A DNA stretch of 64,000 nt from Perna viridis. Taxonomy: Eukaryota. Made by a program: the position numbers and the translations under genes. A model generated the notes under the pieces. It saw only the letters and a list, made by a program, of their open reading frames with translations, was not told the DNA's origin and ran no database searches. This document shows positions 51,201 to 64,000 of this stretch, piece after piece. The stretch covers positions 49,079,626 to 49,143,625 of the forward strand of contig CM074516.1 in the NCBI GenBank assembly GCA_037379345.1, read 5' to 3'. Numbering within the stretch: the first letter of the stretch is position 1; every line of letters starts with the position of its first letter.

Positions 51201-52671
51201 GGAAATAACAAGCTTAACTTTTAAATACCTGAACTATCAAATCAAAGTTTATGGAGTTTTCAGGACATTATCTGACATAGGTTTTAATATTTTTTGCAAC
51301 CATTTTATCCTTGTTTATTACTGATCTAGAAATTTCATTTAAGACCCAAAACTGATATAGATCTGCTTTACAATCAACACCAATCAAGTTACCCATGAAT
51401 CCTGCTGGAAAGCCCATATCTGTTCTAACTTTTCCGTCAACTTTGATCAGTCTTTGCATGACTATCTTCTTTACCTCATCATGAGTCAATGCATATTTTA
51501 GTCTGTTTCTCAGGAAAACAATCAAAGGGAGGGATTCCCTTAGTTTATGAGGACCAGAGCTTGGTCGTGGAGCCTGTAGATGTAATAGATGCATTAAAGT
51601 AAAAATTTTTCAACAAAGCCACATGTAAGCAGGTAGAAATTATTTCTAAAATCTTCAAGCTAACAGGTAAACCAATTTATTCATAAACATTTCCAATACC
51701 AAGAGGTATTCATTTACTCATAATGAAAGCTATACAAGCCTAATACTACAACTTAATCATCATGAAAGATTAGTAACTAATCCAATATTAGTGTTAGTAC
51801 TTACAAAAACACCACCAAGTTTGTCCAGCATCCATGACTTTGGTGCAGTGAGACGCTTCAGATGCTTTCTACGTCCACGATAACCCTGTAATTACAAGAT
51901 AAGCTTTGAAAATCTACGATGTATAATCTCAACATATAAATACAATTTGGAGAATATCACGTTTAGGTAGCTTAAATAAAACCTTAAAATTCAGGCCATG
52001 GACAGTGCTCTGACAAACTTTTGTCAAGGCTTGTACTGTACAACTACAGAACAATAGAATTTTTTAAGATGGAGACAGCAAAAAACAAGAAAGTACTAGT
52101 TATGGGTAAATATAATCAAGGATGGGCAACTGGGAAAAATATTCTGTACTAGCCCCATACATATCAAATGAATGCTGCCTTGTCCATTTGAAAATTTGTT
52201 TTAAACTTGAAGCATTCAATTCTTCTTATTAACCTGCTCGTTAGGTATCGTAAACAAACGTTGCTTTAGCAAAAAAAGAAGTTCCATGATCATTTGTAAT
52301 TTCGCTGAACAGCGAACTTAGTCTCCAAGTCTCCTTTCAAAATAGTAGAAATAACACGGACCCAAAATACGCAAACTTGGATGATTTTTTTATGAATACA
52401 ATCATGAATGAATGCATTAAGGTAAAATAAATATAATTATATATATTTATATGTAAGTTGTGCCGCTAGCAAATGTAGGTTTCATGAATGCACTACCGTC
52501 AACATCGCCTTAAATTTTGGCGTGATTCATGATTACGGACGGAAAATTAAGGTACCATTTGAATTACAATACGTCAATAACTAATTTGGTAACCCAGATG
52601 GGACTATAAACGCGCGTAGCAAGTCCAGATGAAAGAGATATACGAGTATAGCAATAATCTATACCAACCAT
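39272..52671 (-). CDS. RPS4: 40S ribosomal protein S4 (eS4)
   Basis: Exons 52669-52671 (ATG), 51805-51885, 51393-51573, 50159-50256, 49537-49708, 40190-40319, 39272-39392. [105 protein letters not shown]. Confidence 0.98.
39717..39950 (-). ncRNA. SNORA73: U17/snR30 H/ACA snoRNA, copy in RPS4 intron 6
   Basis: 234 nt, sense to RPS4: TCCAATGT..GGCTCTGTCACAGTGGC..TTCCACAACATTGG, H box AGATAA, m1-like ATATTCCAT, m2-like AGACCAT, ACA+3 nt. Colinear with vertebrate U17 as recalled. Confidence 0.9.
41798..41918 (-). ncRNA. Candidate structured intronic RNA (box C/D-like ends, C(UUCG)G hairpin)
   Basis: Sense to RPS4: GTGATGA (41907-41913), outer stem TCCAGTGG/TTACTGGA, TTTTGATCC-TTCG-GGATCAAAA hairpin, then CTGA (41802-41805). 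Family not recognised and the terminal stem is weak. Confidence 0.3.
42536..43345. mobile_element. Helentron/HINE-like element with 4 internal ~150-170-bp repeats
   Basis: Units cttgacctgtaact..ataccaaaaatcatgtcaatatctgcaa start at about 42784, 42953, 43102 and 43249; terminus cttcgttgcgtggggtataaaa. Confidence 0.7.
46382..46511 (-). ncRNA. SNORA16: SNORA16-like H/ACA snoRNA, copy in RPS4 intron 5
   Basis: GGCCCTTTCGAAGCTG..GGTCAAAATGAGGCC, hinge, CTGCCTACGGTCGCT..AGCATCACCAAAGACAGGG ACA+3. The 5' pocket TCGAAG/TCAAAA is complementary to 28S UUUUGA-U-C-CUUCGA (human Psi4412, yeast Psi2865/snR46 site). Colinear with human ACA16 as recalled. Confidence 0.8.
46622..46855 (-). ncRNA. SNORA73: U17/snR30 H/ACA snoRNA, second copy in RPS4 intron 5
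   Basis: Same 234-nt length, H box, m1/m2 motifs and ACA as 39717-39950; the 3' half is nearly identical and the flanks are unrelated. Confidence 0.9.
46949..47072. mobile_element. Small hAT-like MITE
   Basis: TIR CAGTGTTCTCCC ... GGGAGAACACTG. Confidence 0.55.
47948..47970. repeat. (CA)n microsatellite
   Basis: Direct reading. Confidence 0.8.
49275..49508 (-). ncRNA. SNORA73: U17/snR30 H/ACA snoRNA, copy near the 5' end of RPS4 intron 5
   Basis: Starts about 28 nt after the exon-5 donor; same H box, m1/m2 and ACA motifs. Confidence 0.9.
50789..50917 (-). ncRNA. SNORA16: SNORA16-like H/ACA snoRNA, copy in RPS4 intron 3
   Basis: GGCTCAATCGAAGCTGA..TCAGTCATAAATGAGGCC, H box ATATTA, CTGCCTACGGTCGCT..AGCATTACCAAAGGCAGGG ACA+3. 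Paralog of 46382-46511 with conserved pockets and diverged apical stems. Confidence 0.8.
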
Positions 52672-52685
52672 GTTGGTTATCTTTC

Positions 52686-52998
52686 AAAAAAGGAAGTACA
52701 CTTACCGGAAGTGAACGTCATTGTCATTTCGTACCTTTAAGAAATAGATACTTTAAACCTTCTTCCGTTCATGGCCTGGTAGACTTGCGACAGGTTACTT
52801 TCTCGCTCTCCTGAACTAAGAAAAAAGAATTAATAAATTGCATTTGTACCTCTGATAGCAAATCTATAATAAGAATCGGTCTTTATTATAAATCGTCACT
52901 CGGAAAGACAGGAGTCCAAAAATCTTCGCTAATGAATAGTATTTTTTATATTTCAAAATTTCTAAAAAAAAAGATACCTAGATTTCCGCCGGTGAGTT
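52686..52998. promoter_or_regulatory. Bidirectional RPS4/MTF1 promoter region with the RPS4 5' TOP tract
   Basis: Minus-strand CTTCCTTTTTT at 52696-52686, 14 nt before the RPS4 ATG; ETS site CCGGAAGTG near 52705; plus-strand donor CCG|GTGAGT at 52991 fits an MTF1 non-coding exon 1. Confidence 0.65.
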
Positions 52999-53499
52999 TC
53001 TATTGAAAACTCATTTAAACATCCTGACTTGATTTTTTCATATTTTTGGTTTAATCATTCAGTACGCATTTTTCACAAGGACTTTTGTCTACTATTTTTG
53101 AGGTGGTGTTATTTTTTCAACAATCTATTAAAGAGGGATCATTTTTAAGTAGAAAATGAAAAAGGGGTCAGATAATAAATTTTAAAAAGCGGGTGCCAGT
53201 TTTCTTATGCGTATTTGTGTAGGTAGGTCTGGCCAAGGAATCATATTGGTAAAATAGAAGCGATAGATCTAAGGGATGAAGAAGAAAAAACATAGACACG
53301 AAGAAGATGCGGATGATATTAATTCAAATGTGTTCGGTCTTCTGCTTTTGGTGCAACCTCCCAATGTTTCATTAAACAACCTCGCGCTTACGTGTCTAAG
53401 TGGGAGATCCACATTTGCATCATACATGAATTTTCTGCTTAAAATTGTGATATTATCAAAACATGTCATTAAAACAAAACTTGGCAATTGACATTGACC

Positions 53500-53539
<40 letters not shown>
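53500..53539. repeat. (GAT)n microsatellite
   Basis: Direct reading. Confidence 0.85.
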
Positions 53540-53541
<2 letters not shown>

Positions 53542-54083
53542 ACTTGTGTGATAACTCGTTCAGGGAGGGAAGCAGAAATCCAGAAATGTACGCTTTATAT
53601 GCGTTGCAATTAATAAATGGTTTTTAAACAAGAAGAGTATATTTCATGTGAAGATTATCTACAAAAATAAGAGGATCATTATTTCTTTGGTCAGTGATGA
53701 CCCCCCCCCCTTTCCGGGAAAAAAGTGATAAGTCCCTAAATCATGTACACTATAAGACTTATTCACAACTCCCCGTTTCAGACAGAGCCTCGCCTCTAAC
53801 TACCACCACACTGAAACTGGGCCTGTGTGCGATTATGAGGTGCAAACAATGGAAAATTGCAATATAACTTTTCAGTTCTGGTCTTTGTCCCTGGATTTCA
53901 TTCTTTTGATTACCGCTATAACTTTGGTTCCCTCGATTACCTTTCGTGGTCCGAAAAGACTAAATGGCGAATCTACTAATTATGGTATTTATAACGAAAC
54001 TATCCATTGGTACATTCTTCTTTTGGCAGCGAATCGAATAGCTCGTCTGGTACAGTTACGGGAAGGGATCTTCATGACATGAA

Positions 54084-63872
<9,789 letters not shown>

Positions 63873-64000
63873 GTAATTATTATTTCACTATGTTCTGTGT
63901 AGCTATTTTAGAGAACATTTTTATAAAGTTGAAATCATGACTGTAATTTATAAAAAGACTGGCATGGTACATGTTTTTAACATTTGCACTTGTATGATAG

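Overview
AT-rich, intron-containing eukaryotic DNA, most likely a bivalve mollusc (inferred from the Helentron/HINE-type satellite elements, a Meta/Deu-type SINE and abundant Penelope-like fragments). Six protein genes were reconstructed by hand from GT-AG splice sites: a divergent eEF2 paralog (-, 3' end outside the window), an unrecognised 4-exon predicted single-pass membrane protein (-), CUEDC2 (+), MEI4 (-), RPS4 (-) and MTF1 (+, 3' end outside the window, head-to-head with RPS4). RPS4 introns host five H/ACA snoRNAs: three U17/SNORA73/snR30 copies and two SNORA16-like copies. Three of them sit in a single expanded 9.2-kb intron, which also contains a C(UUCG)G hairpin carrying 14 nt identical to the 28S rRNA site that SNORA16 targets. 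The most notable signal is the eEF2 paralog. It keeps the eEF2 exon structure and GTPase motifs but has lost the eEF2-kinase site (Thr56->Met) and the Ser595/Pro596/His599 motif, and it has a TATA plus kB/C/EBP-like promoter with no visible TOP tract. It is a candidate kinase-insensitive, inducible elongation factor. Homology calls rest on recalled reference sequences; no database search was run.
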